64,000 nucleotides of DNA from NCBI GenBank assembly GCA_002410925.1, contig DHPR01000033.1, positions 142,397 through 206,396 on the forward strand, in the 5' to 3' direction. Below the pieces are notes generated by a model. That model made no database searches. It was not told where the DNA came from and was given only the letters and a program-made list of their open reading frames with translations. The position numbers were made by a program, and so were the translations under genes. Below are positions 42,648 to 51,967 of the stretch, one piece after another. The DNA comes from a bacterium UBP13_UBA5359 (GTDB lineage: Bacteria; UBP13; UBA5359). Numbering within the stretch: position 1 is the stretch's first letter; the number at the start of each line of letters is the position of its first letter.

Positions 42648-42674
42648 AAAAAAACCCCCGTTCTCCAGGGGGGC
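42648..42674 (-). terminator. FMN riboswitch expression-platform terminator
   Basis: GCCCCCC-UGGAGAAC-GGGGG-U-tract immediately before the ATG. Confidence 0.75.
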
Positions 42675-42689
42675 GAAAGGCAAAAGAGA

Positions 42690-42811
42690 ATGACCTTCTA
42701 CCTTCCAGACTTTACTGTCGGCTCCGTAATCACAACGGATCAGTCAAAAGACTCGCGGGCTTTACCGCCGGTCGGGATATGGCCCTGGCCTCACCCTGCC
42801 CTGAAGATCAT
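42690..42811 (-). ncRNA. FMN riboswitch (RFN element)
   Basis: AUCUUCAGGGCAGGGUGA...UCCCGACCGGCGGUAAAGCCCGCGAG...GAGCCGACAGUAAAGUCUGGA...AGAAG, with P1 UGAUCUUC/GAAGGUCA; upstream of rib genes. Confidence 0.93.
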
Positions 42812-42818
42812 ATTAGGA

Positions 42819-42847
42819 ATGATAGCATATGAGATACTCTAATTCAA
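42819..42847 (-). promoter_or_regulatory. sigmaA promoter for the FMN riboswitch/rib operon
   Basis: TTGAAT-17nt-TATCAT with TG extension. Confidence 0.65.
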
Positions 42848-42863
42848 TACAATCGTCTCTACG

Positions 42864-42893
42864 TTGACACCTCTACAGCTCTGCTGGTAAAAT
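42864..42893 (+). promoter_or_regulatory. sigmaA promoter for mgtE (divergent from rib)
   Basis: TTGACA-18nt-TAAAAT with TG extension. Confidence 0.7.
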
Positions 42894-42932
42894 CCACAAG
42901 GACTCAATTGACAGGAAAGCGAGAGCGGCATC

Positions 42933-44264
42933 ATGGCGAAAACAACAGAAAAGGTCCAGTCTTTTATCGAACAGGGCAACTGGCAGGGCCTTCGCGACCT
43001 GCTGGAATCCTTCCCTCCGCCGGAAATAGTGGACCTGCTGCCGGAACTGGATGAAGCAGATAGGGCTATCCTTTTCCGTCTTTTGCACCGGCCGATAGCT
43101 GCCGAAGTCTTTTCCTTCCTGGAGCCTCAGGAGCAGGATGCTCTTTTGAGAGATTTGACCAATGAGGAAACCCGACAACTGCTGGCTAATATGCGCCCGG
43201 ACGATAGAACGCACTTTCTGGAAGAAATGCCCGGCCAGGCTACCCAGCGTCTGATGAACCTGCTAAGCCCTCATGATCTGCAAGAAGCCAGGCAGCTCCT
43301 GGGTTATCCTGAGGAGAGCGTAGGCAGGCTGATGACTCCGGATTATGTAGCTGTCCGCCCGTATTGGACCATTGACCATGCGCTCTCTCATATCCGACTC
43401 AAGGGCAAAGATAGCGAAACTATTTACACTGTTTATGTAGTGGATGCCTCATGGAAACTATTGGGAACGCTGGAGCTGCGTAAGCTTCTTTTGGCTGATC
43501 CAAATGAAATGGCAGAGCAGATTATGAACACCTCTTTTGCCAGTGTCACAGCATTGGATGATCGAGAGGAGGCCGTCAGAGCTATTCAAAAGTATAATCT
43601 TGTAGCTGTTCCGGTAGTCGATTCCAATGGTGTCCTGCTGGGCATTGTTACCGTTGACGACGTTCTTGACGTCTCTCAGAAAGAGGTGACTGAGGACTTT
43701 CACAAAGTCGGCGGTATCACTCCTCTGGAAAGCAGCTACCGGGCCAGCAGCCTGTGGTCTCTTTTCTCCAAGCGTATCGGCTGGCTGGCAGCTCTGGTAG
43801 TCGTCAATCTGGTCTCATCCAGGATCATCGCTTCCTTTGAAGATGTACTGACCAGCACCATCGTTCTGGCCTTTTTTATTCCTCTGCTAATAGATAGCGG
43901 CGGCAATACGGGTGCGCAGGCAGCCACCCTGATGATTCGAGCATTAGCCACCGGTGATATCAATATCAAGCAATGGGGAGCGGTATTCTTCAAAGAAATC
44001 GGTGTGGGCGCCCTGCTGGGCATTACCTTAGGCGCTATGGGTTTTGCGCTGGGGACATTTCACGGGAATACGCAGGTCGGCTGGGTTGTGGGATTAACCA
44101 TGACGAGTATTATCATATGGTCTAATCTGCTGGGCATGTTTCTGCCCTTTTTATTCACGCGCATTAAATTAGATCCGGCGGTGGCCAGCAGCCCCCTGAT
44201 AACAACTCTCGCCGACATAGGCGGGCTGGCGATATATTTTCTTATTGCCTCCTGGATACTTTAG
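42933..44264 (+). CDS. mgtE: Magnesium transporter MgtE
   Basis: N-domain, CBS pair (GRLMTPDY, GIVTVDD), GGNTGAQ, DPAVASSPLITTLAD. Confidence 0.96.
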   Translation: MAKTTEKVQSFIEQGNWQGLRDLLESFPPPEIVDLLPELDEADRAILFRLLHRPIAAEVFSFLEPQEQDALLRDLTNEETRQLLANMRPDDRTHFLEEMPGQATQRLMNLLSPHDLQEARQLLGYPEESVGRLMTPDYVAVRPYWTIDHALSHIRLKGKDSETIYTVYVVDASWKLLGTLELRKLLLADPNEMAEQIMNTSFASVTALDDREEAVRAIQKYNLVAVPVVDSNGVLLGIVTVDDVLDVSQKEVTEDFHKVGGITPLESSYRASSLWSLFSKRIGWLAALVVVNLVSSRIIASFEDVLTSTIVLAFFIPLLIDSGGNTGAQAATLMIRALATGDINIKQWGAVFFKEIGVGALLGITLGAMGFALGTFHGNTQVGWVVGLTMTSIIIWSNLLGMFLPFLFTRIKLDPAVASSPLITTLADIGGLAIYFLIASWIL

Positions 44265-44322
44265 CCGTAACTTCGGCCTGTACCGCAGCAGCCTAACTAT
44301 AACAAAGACTCTTTCTCTTCGT

Positions 44323-44982
44323 TCAGATTCTTTCTCCTCGCAGGGCTTTTATCGCCTCAACCATATCGTCGGCACCAAAGAGGGCGGTTCCAGCAACCAG
44401 CATATCGGCGCCCGCTTCTATCACTCTGGAGGCGGTAGCCATGTTTATACCGCCATCTACTTCCAGCCTTATCTTCCGCCCGGAATAATCGATCATATCT
44501 CTGGCTGCGGCAATCTTAGGTAGCATAGCCTCGATAAATGCCTGCCCGCCATATCCGGGATTGACGGTCATCAGAAGAAGATAATCAGCCTCTTCAAGCG
44601 CATACTTTATAGCCTCCAGAGGAGTAGCCGGATTGAGAGCCACACCTGCCTGAGCACCTGTCTGACGAATCATGCCCAAAGCTTTATGCAAATGAGCAGT
44701 GGCCTCGACATGAAGCGATATCATCCCTGCTCCGGCTTCAGCAAAAGACTCTATCTGCCTTTCCGGAGAAGAAATCATAAGATGAACATCAAAAATAAGG
44801 TCTGTTCTCTTTCTCAATGCCCTGACTACATCTGCCCCGATAGTTATAGGAGGGACAAAAGCTCCATCCATAACGTCGACGTGAATATGTGTTGCTCCCG
44901 CATCTTCAACTCTGGATACCTCACAACCGAGGCAACTGAAATCTGATGCCAGTATAGATGGCAGTATAGTTACATCCCTCAC
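44323..44982 (-). CDS. rpe: Ribulose-phosphate 3-epimerase
   Basis: PSIL, HVDVMDG, DVHLM, MTVNPGYGGQ, EVDGG. Confidence 0.97.
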   Translation of the reverse strand: MRDVTILPSILASDFSCLGCEVSRVEDAGATHIHVDVMDGAFVPPITIGADVVRALRKRTDLIFDVHLMISSPERQIESFAEAGAGMISLHVEATAHLHKALGMIRQTGAQAGVALNPATPLEAIKYALEEADYLLLMTVNPGYGGQAFIEAMLPKIAAARDMIDYSGRKIRLEVDGGINMATASRVIEAGADMLVAGTALFGADDMVEAIKALRGERI

Positions 44983-46661
44983 TAAAAAGTCTCCTCTCTC
45001 ACCAGCCGACCGTCCACATATATGTTCACGGATACTTCATCGAAACCGGTAATCTCCTGCTGCACGTTCTCCCCTGGCTGAAAGAATTTATCCAGATAGA
45101 TTCTTTCGCCTTGACTGTCAGTTACCACTACCCGTATTCTGTGGCGCTTGCCGTCATTAGGCACTTTATAATTAACGACTGCACTCTTTTTAACACCGTT
45201 GGCCTCAGAGAACACCTCCTCCTCCGGCTCCGGCCCTTGACTTAAGATGACGGCTATCCGGGATCCTTTGGGCACAATCGATTGTGGCTGCGGTGATTGA
45301 CCGGCCACGTATCCTTTAGGAATAAAAGCATCATATCGCTCTTCCGGCTTGCTTGCCGCCAAACCGGTCTCGGATAAAGCCCGCAATGCACTATTATAGG
45401 GTTTATTATAAAGATCGGGTACCTCCACTGTTTCAATCCCTTTGCTGATAATAACAAAAGCAAGACGATTCTGACGTACGATTCTTCCTGCTACCGGTTC
45501 AGTCGAGAGTACCGTGTCGGCAGCATAAGTATTATCATATTTTTCACCGACTATTTTCATGCGCAGCTTTCGATCTTCAAGAATCTGCTCAGCCTCTTCG
45601 ATGGATTTACCACGAATATCGGGCATAGTGACCTCGGCAGGAAAAATGTTCAACGGCAATTTGCTTATCAAGACAAATAATATCAGAATTAATCCGAAGA
45701 GCAATATAATTTTTCCGGCAGATGACGTACTCTTATGTCTGTTTCCGGTTCGAAGAGCTCTGATATTTCCGGTATACTCTTCCTCGTCATCATCAAAAGC
45801 ATCATTATCCCTGGTGCCATCCGCAATATCGCTCGGCGATGAAGCAAAGGCATCACCGCTAATGAATATATCCCGCAATGCCTTCAGCAATAGCTCTATC
45901 GTACGATAACGTCTGGCCGGCTCTTTATCTAAAAGCCTGTCTATCAATTTATCCAGTTCCTCATCGATCGTGCTTAGATTATAGCGGGGAGAGAGAGGCT
46001 TTTCATGCAAATGATCGTAAGCTATTTTAACGGCGGTATCGCCATGGAAAGGCACCTTGCCGCATATCATCTCGTAGAGATTGACACCGACCATATACAT
46101 ATCCGTGGCTTCGCTCGGCAATTCACCCTTTATCTGCTCGGGTGATGTATAAAGCACACTGGCCATTGTTAGCGGCACAGCACCCCTGGATATTCGAGCA
46201 ACAGCTGTTGCCATGGAGAAATCATTCAGTTTTACCGTGCCTGTAAGATCGTAGTGGATATTACCCGGGACTAGGTGCCCATGCAACAGACCGGTCTTGT
46301 GAGCATATTTCAGCGCCTCGCATATCTGCACACCTGTTCTTACCGCCTCATTGGAAGATAGAGGAAAGCTTCTGCTGTTCTTAACAGTATCAGCCATAAG
46401 CTCCTGCACCAGGTAGTGAGTATCACCATCCCTGTAGGAGGCATATGTATTGGTAATATAAGGATGCGATAGGCCGGCCAGATTTCTGGCTACCCTGTGA
46501 AACTCCTCCACCACGCTTTCAGAAGCCAGTTGCCGATGTAGAATTTTAACGGCTACCTCTCTGTTAAGAAGCGTATCCATCGCTTTATATACGGCCGTTA
46601 TATCACCGGAGCCAATTTCCGCCAGTATTAGATAACGGTCATTCAGCATCTTACCGATCAT
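44982..46661 (-). CDS. PrkC/PknB-like Ser/Thr kinase-fold membrane protein with two PASTA domains; catalytic motifs degenerate
   Basis: MIGKMLNDRY, VAVK, YTSPEQ, G.VPF kinase scaffold; TM helix; two PASTA repeats (MPDIRGK..., VPDLYNK...). Confidence 0.88.
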   Translation of the reverse strand: MIGKMLNDRYLILAEIGSGDITAVYKAMDTLLNREVAVKILHRQLASESVVEEFHRVARNLAGLSHPYITNTYASYRDGDTHYLVQELMADTVKNSRSFPLSSNEAVRTGVQICEALKYAHKTGLLHGHLVPGNIHYDLTGTVKLNDFSMATAVARISRGAVPLTMASVLYTSPEQIKGELPSEATDMYMVGVNLYEMICGKVPFHGDTAVKIAYDHLHEKPLSPRYNLSTIDEELDKLIDRLLDKEPARRYRTIELLLKALRDIFISGDAFASSPSDIADGTRDNDAFDDDEEEYTGNIRALRTGNRHKSTSSAGKIILLFGLILILFVLISKLPLNIFPAEVTMPDIRGKSIEEAEQILEDRKLRMKIVGEKYDNTYAADTVLSTEPVAGRIVRQNRLAFVIISKGIETVEVPDLYNKPYNSALRALSETGLAASKPEERYDAFIPKGYVAGQSPQPQSIVPKGSRIAVILSQGPEPEEEVFSEANGVKKSAVVNYKVPNDGKRHRIRVVVTDSQGERIYLDKFFQPGENVQQEITGFDEVSVNIYVDGRLVREETF

Positions 46662-46818
46662 GACGCAGCTACTCCTATAATAGAAATCAGAAACATCAGC
46701 AGGCTACAGGAGCCTTTATTAATAATAGCTCCGAACCCTTTGTGCTTCTGCAAATTGATGCCTTTAGGCGTCTCTCTCTTTATTTCTTCAGCCACCATTT
46801 CTTATCCTCTTTTTGGTC

Positions 46819-47859
46819 TTATCCAGGCAGCCGGTTACCAAGCCTTTTATCGGCCAGCTGGCCGCAACCGCCGCCAATGGTTGTGCCGCGGCTTCGCCTG
46901 AGGGTGTATATCAAGCCTGCATTATCCAGTGCTTTAGAAAAAGAACTGGCTTCACGTAATCCGGGCTTTCCACCACCGACAGGATTAAGAGGAATAACGT
47001 TGATATGATATTTGAGCCCTTTAAGAAGCCCTGCCAGAGCCCTGATCTGATCCGGACCATCGTTGATACCGGGAATGACGGTATATTCAAATGTTATCCG
47101 GCGCCCGGCTCTGGCCTGATACTCTTTGCAGGCGGAAATGAGAAGGCTAAGGGGATATATCCTGTTTACAGGCATGATGGCGCTGCGCACCTCATCAGTG
47201 GCGGCATGCAGCGAAACGGCCAGGCGTATCTGCATGCTCTCTGCAGCCAGGCGCTCTATTCCGGGTATAATGCCGCAGGTGGATACGGTAATCTGCCTCT
47301 GTGACAAGCCATATCCTTCCGGCGCTGTCAGCAACCGTATGGATCGCATTACGGCTTCATAATTGTAAAAGGGTTCTCCCATCCCCATATATAAAATATT
47401 GTTTATCCTGCGCCCAAGGGCCCTGGCAACAACATAAACCTCTCCCACTATCTCCGGAGCCGTCATATTGCGGCTAAAGCCCATGCCGCCCGTAGCGCAA
47501 AAAGAGCACCCCAGCGAGCATCCGACTTGTGAAGATATACATAAACTGCTACGATTGTTATAATGCATGAGCACAGCTTCTATATTTTTTCCATCAGCAA
47601 GGCGTAAGAGAAACTTTATCGTAGCCTCTTCTCGCGATGCTGTACGTCCGGCAATTACAGGATACCCGATAACGGCCTTCTGCTTAAGAAGAGCTCGCAT
47701 CGCAAGAGATAGTTCGCTAATTTCATCAATGGATAAAGCCATCTTTGCATGCAAGCGTTTGAATATCTGATTCGCTCTGTAAGGCTCCCATCCGAGATCA
47801 GCGACAAAGGTCTGCATCTCCTTCGGAAGCAAAGCAAGAGCATCAGCCTTAGCCGCCAT
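46819..47859 (-). CDS. rlmN: 23S rRNA m2A2503 / tRNA methyltransferase RlmN
   Basis: CISSQVGCSLGCSFC, MGMGEP, SLHA, GCGQL. Confidence 0.94.
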   Translation of the reverse strand: MAAKADALALLPKEMQTFVADLGWEPYRANQIFKRLHAKMALSIDEISELSLAMRALLKQKAVIGYPVIAGRTASREEATIKFLLRLADGKNIEAVLMHYNNRSSLCISSQVGCSLGCSFCATGGMGFSRNMTAPEIVGEVYVVARALGRRINNILYMGMGEPFYNYEAVMRSIRLLTAPEGYGLSQRQITVSTCGIIPGIERLAAESMQIRLAVSLHAATDEVRSAIMPVNRIYPLSLLISACKEYQARAGRRITFEYTVIPGINDGPDQIRALAGLLKGLKYHINVIPLNPVGGGKPGLREASSFSKALDNAGLIYTLRRSRGTTIGGGCGQLADKRLGNRLPG

Positions 47860-49267
47860 TATCAGCCCTCCTTTGCATAGCTGCTAGAAAGAACCCGTCC
47901 GTACCATGCACACCAGGGAGCAGCCGCAAAGCACCTGTGACCATATCGCTGCGCTCTTCGTCAGCAATGGTGATTGTCGATCGTCGGTTGCCGTCCGTTA
48001 GCAGATCCATGTGCAAGCAGGCTGGCAAGCGATCGCTTAAATTTACAGGCATATACTCCCTGTTTGCCGACAGAAAGCTGCTTATGATATCCGAACCTTC
48101 CTCCGGCTCGATGCTGCAGACGCTATAAACCAATACACCGCCAGGGCGGACTGCGCACGCCGCCTCATTGAGAATAGCCCTTTGCAGTTCGGGCAACTCC
48201 TGCAGCTTCTCCGGCAGAAGACGCCATTTTATCTCCGGCTTTCGCCGCAGTGATCCTGTGCCTGTACATGGAGCATCCACCATGACAGCATCAAAGCATT
48301 CATTTATCTTATCTGCAAATTCTCTGGCATCCATCTGAAGCGTGTCAATAATTCCTATGCCAAGACGGATTGCATTGGACTGAAGAAGCTGCAACCGTGC
48401 TGCATTGATATCTACCGAAAGTATTCGTCCTCTATTTGCCATCAATTCGGCAACGTGGGTACTTTTACCCCCGGGAGCGCTGCAGAGATCCAGGACATTC
48501 TGTCCCGACATGGGAGAAAGGGCATGCGCAACACACATAGATGCCTCGTCCTGTGGCTGGAACAGCCCCTCGATATACTCTGGAGTATTCCAGATGCCCG
48601 CTCCTGTTGCCAAATTCAGTGCCTCCGGAAAGAGCCTGCCGGATGATACCTGATAGCCTTTCTCTGCTAAGGAGCGCCTCAATTCTTCTGAGGTCGTCTT
48701 GAGAAGATTTGCTCGCAGCGTAAGCGGCGGCCGTTCGTTATTGGCCTGGCAAATTGATAAAGCAGCGTCAAAACCGTATGTGGTTATCCATCGCTCTACC
48801 ATCCAGGCCGGGTGGCTATGCCGAGCCGACATATAGCCTATCGGATCTTCATGCAAATCCGGCCAGTCGTTATCCTCAATATCGGCTGGAAGATGTCGCA
48901 AAATCGCATTGACCAGGCCTGCGGCTCCCTTATGGGCATACCTCCTGGCCGCTCGAACGGATTCATCCACAGCGGCATAGGCTGGAACGCGCGTGAGAAA
49001 GTATAGTTGATAAATACCTAGGCGAAGAATGTTTTTTATGGGCAGAGTCAGCCTGGCTACAGGGTATCTGGAGTGGCGGTCGATAATATAATCGATCGCC
49101 CCCCTCCAGCGCAGTACTCCATAAAGCAGCTCTGTTGCCAGAGCCGTCTCGACACCCTCACCTGTTCCTGTTTCGGCCAGTGCCCTGCTTAGGGCTATAT
49201 TAGAAAACGCCTGGCGCTTTTCCATCAGCATCAGCGTTCTCAAAGCTAAATCTCTTCCCTTTGCCAA
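47849..49267 (-). CDS. rsmB: 16S rRNA m5C967 methyltransferase RsmB
   Basis: NusB-like N-terminus, DLCSAPGGK, DAPCTGTG, YSVCS, DGFF. Confidence 0.95.
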   Translation of the reverse strand: MAKGRDLALRTLMLMEKRQAFSNIALSRALAETGTGEGVETALATELLYGVLRWRGAIDYIIDRHSRYPVARLTLPIKNILRLGIYQLYFLTRVPAYAAVDESVRAARRYAHKGAAGLVNAILRHLPADIEDNDWPDLHEDPIGYMSARHSHPAWMVERWITTYGFDAALSICQANNERPPLTLRANLLKTTSEELRRSLAEKGYQVSSGRLFPEALNLATGAGIWNTPEYIEGLFQPQDEASMCVAHALSPMSGQNVLDLCSAPGGKSTHVAELMANRGRILSVDINAARLQLLQSNAIRLGIGIIDTLQMDAREFADKINECFDAVMVDAPCTGTGSLRRKPEIKWRLLPEKLQELPELQRAILNEAACAVRPGGVLVYSVCSIEPEEGSDIISSFLSANREYMPVNLSDRLPACLHMDLLTDGNRRSTITIADEERSDMVTGALRLLPGVHGTDGFFLAAMQRRADNGG

Positions 49268-49274
49268 TGCTCTT

Positions 49275-50102
49275 TTATATCCTCATGTTCTCAAGCCGTT
49301 CGATACGCTTCTCCAGAGGCGGATGCGTGTCGAAAAGACTTGTAACATCCTCTGCGGCGAAAGGCTTCACTATAAAAAGATGTGCTGTGGCCGGATTACC
49401 CTCTATAGGCAGGGCCTTTACACCGTGCTTAAGCTTCCTGAGAGCATCTGCCAAAGCAGAAGGGTCCCCACCTATTCCGGCACCACTCTCATCGGCGGCA
49501 TATTCGCGAGAACGCGAGATGGCCATCTGTATTATCATAGCCGCTAAGGGAGCCAGAATAAGCATCAGGAGAGCACCTATGCCGCCTCCATTCCTGTCAT
49601 CCCGATTGCCGCCAAAAATAAAGGCAAAACGTGAAATCATCATTACAGCTCCGGCCATGGTAGCGGCCACTGTGCCGGTCAGAATATCCCTGTTTTTAAT
49701 ATGTGCCATTTCATGAGCCAGGACACCCTTCAGCTCTCTGGCTGTCAGCAGGTTTCTGATCCCGGTGGTCACAGCTACGGCTGCGTGCTTCGGATTACGC
49801 CCGGTAGCAAATGCATTAGGTGAAGGATTATCCATAACACAAACCTTGGGCATAGGCATACCGGCCGAAAGAGCCAATTCACGAACAATACCGTAAAGCT
49901 CCGGATCACTCTTTTCATCGATCTCAGTAGCGCCGTACATACCGAGAATTATCTTATCACTGAACCAGTAGCTGCCAAAGTTCATCACAGCCGCCAGCAT
50001 AAAGGCCATTATTGCCCCGCTGCTTCCATTCAGATAATCACCAAGGTAAACAAGCAGAAGCGTCATCAGGCCCATCAAAAAAAATGTCTTAACATAGTTC
50101 AA
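49275..50102 (-). CDS. htpX: Zinc metalloprotease HtpX
   Basis: PNAFATGR, HEMAH, SRSREYAAD, THPP. Confidence 0.95.
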   Translation of the reverse strand: MNYVKTFFLMGLMTLLLVYLGDYLNGSSGAIMAFMLAAVMNFGSYWFSDKIILGMYGATEIDEKSDPELYGIVRELALSAGMPMPKVCVMDNPSPNAFATGRNPKHAAVAVTTGIRNLLTARELKGVLAHEMAHIKNRDILTGTVAATMAGAVMMISRFAFIFGGNRDDRNGGGIGALLMLILAPLAAMIIQMAISRSREYAADESGAGIGGDPSALADALRKLKHGVKALPIEGNPATAHLFIVKPFAAEDVTSLFDTHPPLEKRIERLENMRI

Positions 50103-50140
50103 CTTTGTTACACCTCCAAAGAAATTCTACTACAAATGCA

Positions 50141-51964
50141 TTAAAATAACATAGACGCGACGAATTCTCTTTGAAAGTCCGCATTCAAGGAGAGTTCGAT
50201 ATATTCAACCCTTTGCGCCAATCTTCGGGCTCTGTACCGATCATCCAGGGATGCCAACGCCCTGGCGGCTCCGATCCCGGCGGCATTGCCTACGGATATT
50301 ATTCTCTTCGCATCGATAGCCGGCAAAAGCCCGATCTCCAGTGCACTGCTTTTATTGATATAATTACCGAATGCACCTGCCAGCAGAAGAAGAGAAATAT
50401 CCTTCTCTTCGCATCCAAAATATGTCAAAAGAAGGATAGCTCCGGCCCGGATAGCGGCTTTTGCCAGTTGAACCTCTCTGATGTCTCGCTGAGTAATCCT
50501 TACTCTGCCATCGGCACTATCGCCAAAGAGTATACTGGAAGCGCCATCTTCTTCAGCCAGACGTATGCCTTTGATAGCTCGGCTTCTTTCAAGTGCTTCC
50601 TCTCCGGATACAATGTATCCGGATTCATCGATTAAACCACAACGCTTGAAAATGGCCACGGCATCTATTAATCCCGAACCGCAGAAGCCGGCAGCCTCCG
50701 TTTCACCTATAACCGAACAAAGAACCTTCCCATTCTCGATTCGGACACCGTCAATGGCTCCGGGAACAGCACGCATACCCCGGGATATACGCGCCCCTTC
50801 AAAAGCCGGCCCGGCCGCAGCAGAGCAGGCTATCATCCGGTTACGGTTGCCCAGCACCATCTCGCCGTTAGTGCCGATATCCACAACGAGCTTCAGCTCA
50901 TCGGCTTGATCGATGTCGGTGGCTAGTATAACTCCGACCGTATCCGCACCGACAAAACCGGCAATGTTGGGAAGAGTGAAAACATCGGCTACAGGATTAA
51001 TACTACCTATGTCGGCGCTCGCAGCATCGGCACATACTTCGTCGCTGGCAACGGCTGTATATGGCGCCGTTGCCAGCGCCCGGACATCAAGCCCCCAGAA
51101 GAGATGGCTCATACAGGTATTGCCCACCAAGGCAGCTTCATAAATATTGACTGCCTCAATGCTATGCCGGCCGGTAAGTTCATTTATCAGATCGTTGATC
51201 GTGTTCAATAGCATGCTTTTCAATGCTTGCAATTTTAAATCATCGGAGGCATATTCTATTCGGGATATAACATCTGCTCCATACATTGCCTGAGGATTGG
51301 AAGATGAGGCGGCGTCTACCAACCGCTGCCGATATACATCCAGCAAATAAACCGCTACCGTGGTGGTGCCGATATCTACCGCCACTGCGTAATTGGCATC
51401 AACGGTATTTCCTTTCTCCACCGTTATCACCTTGCCATCACGCAAAACAACCGTTATCTCCTGTGAAGACTTCTGATCGAGAAGACTGTTCAAGCGACGC
51501 AGCGTTTCAATTCCCAACGGCTCTACTTCCGCATGCCCGCTCAATGCATGACGCAAGCGTTCTGTCACTGAGCGCTGCTTCTGCAGGCTGGGAGGCTCTA
51601 TCACTGCCGCCACTTTACTAACGGAAGGCCTGAAAGCCAAATCAATATGACTGTCCTCGGCAAAGAGTTTATGCGTGGCCAGAGTAAGCGTATTCTCACA
51701 GTATACGCGCATATTGCGTTCAGGCCGAAGCCTGCAGGCCAGTCGCACTCCCGCTGACAGGTCATCAGATGACAGCAGCCGCCGTTCCGTCTCATCGGGC
51801 GCAGTCTCACCATGGATAACCCTTACTTTGCATTTACCGCAAACGCCTAACCCGCCGCAGGGTGACTCCATGGCCTTACCGGCATCGATCATGGCTTCCA
51901 TGAGTGTCTCTCCCGAGGTTACCTCTATAACTTCGCCATCAGGCTCCATTATCACTCTGGGCAT
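50141..51964 (-). CDS. ASKHA-domain [2Fe-2S] reductive activator of corrinoid proteins (RACo/DUF4445)
   Basis: CGGLGVCGKC...RLAC ferredoxin domain, DIGTTT, GADVISRI, DIGTNGE, AGPAFEG, AGAFG. Confidence 0.92.
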   Translation of the reverse strand: MPRVIMEPDGEVIEVTSGETLMEAMIDAGKAMESPCGGLGVCGKCKVRVIHGETAPDETERRLLSSDDLSAGVRLACRLRPERNMRVYCENTLTLATHKLFAEDSHIDLAFRPSVSKVAAVIEPPSLQKQRSVTERLRHALSGHAEVEPLGIETLRRLNSLLDQKSSQEITVVLRDGKVITVEKGNTVDANYAVAVDIGTTTVAVYLLDVYRQRLVDAASSSNPQAMYGADVISRIEYASDDLKLQALKSMLLNTINDLINELTGRHSIEAVNIYEAALVGNTCMSHLFWGLDVRALATAPYTAVASDEVCADAASADIGSINPVADVFTLPNIAGFVGADTVGVILATDIDQADELKLVVDIGTNGEMVLGNRNRMIACSAAAGPAFEGARISRGMRAVPGAIDGVRIENGKVLCSVIGETEAAGFCGSGLIDAVAIFKRCGLIDESGYIVSGEEALERSRAIKGIRLAEEDGASSILFGDSADGRVRITQRDIREVQLAKAAIRAGAILLLTYFGCEEKDISLLLLAGAFGNYINKSSALEIGLLPAIDAKRIISVGNAAGIGAARALASLDDRYRARRLAQRVEYIELSLNADFQREFVASMLF

Positions 51965-51967
51965 CTC

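Noticed and set aside
42850..42932. M-box (ykoK) riboswitch before mgtE
   Set aside because: The leader is only about 35 nt after the predicted promoter
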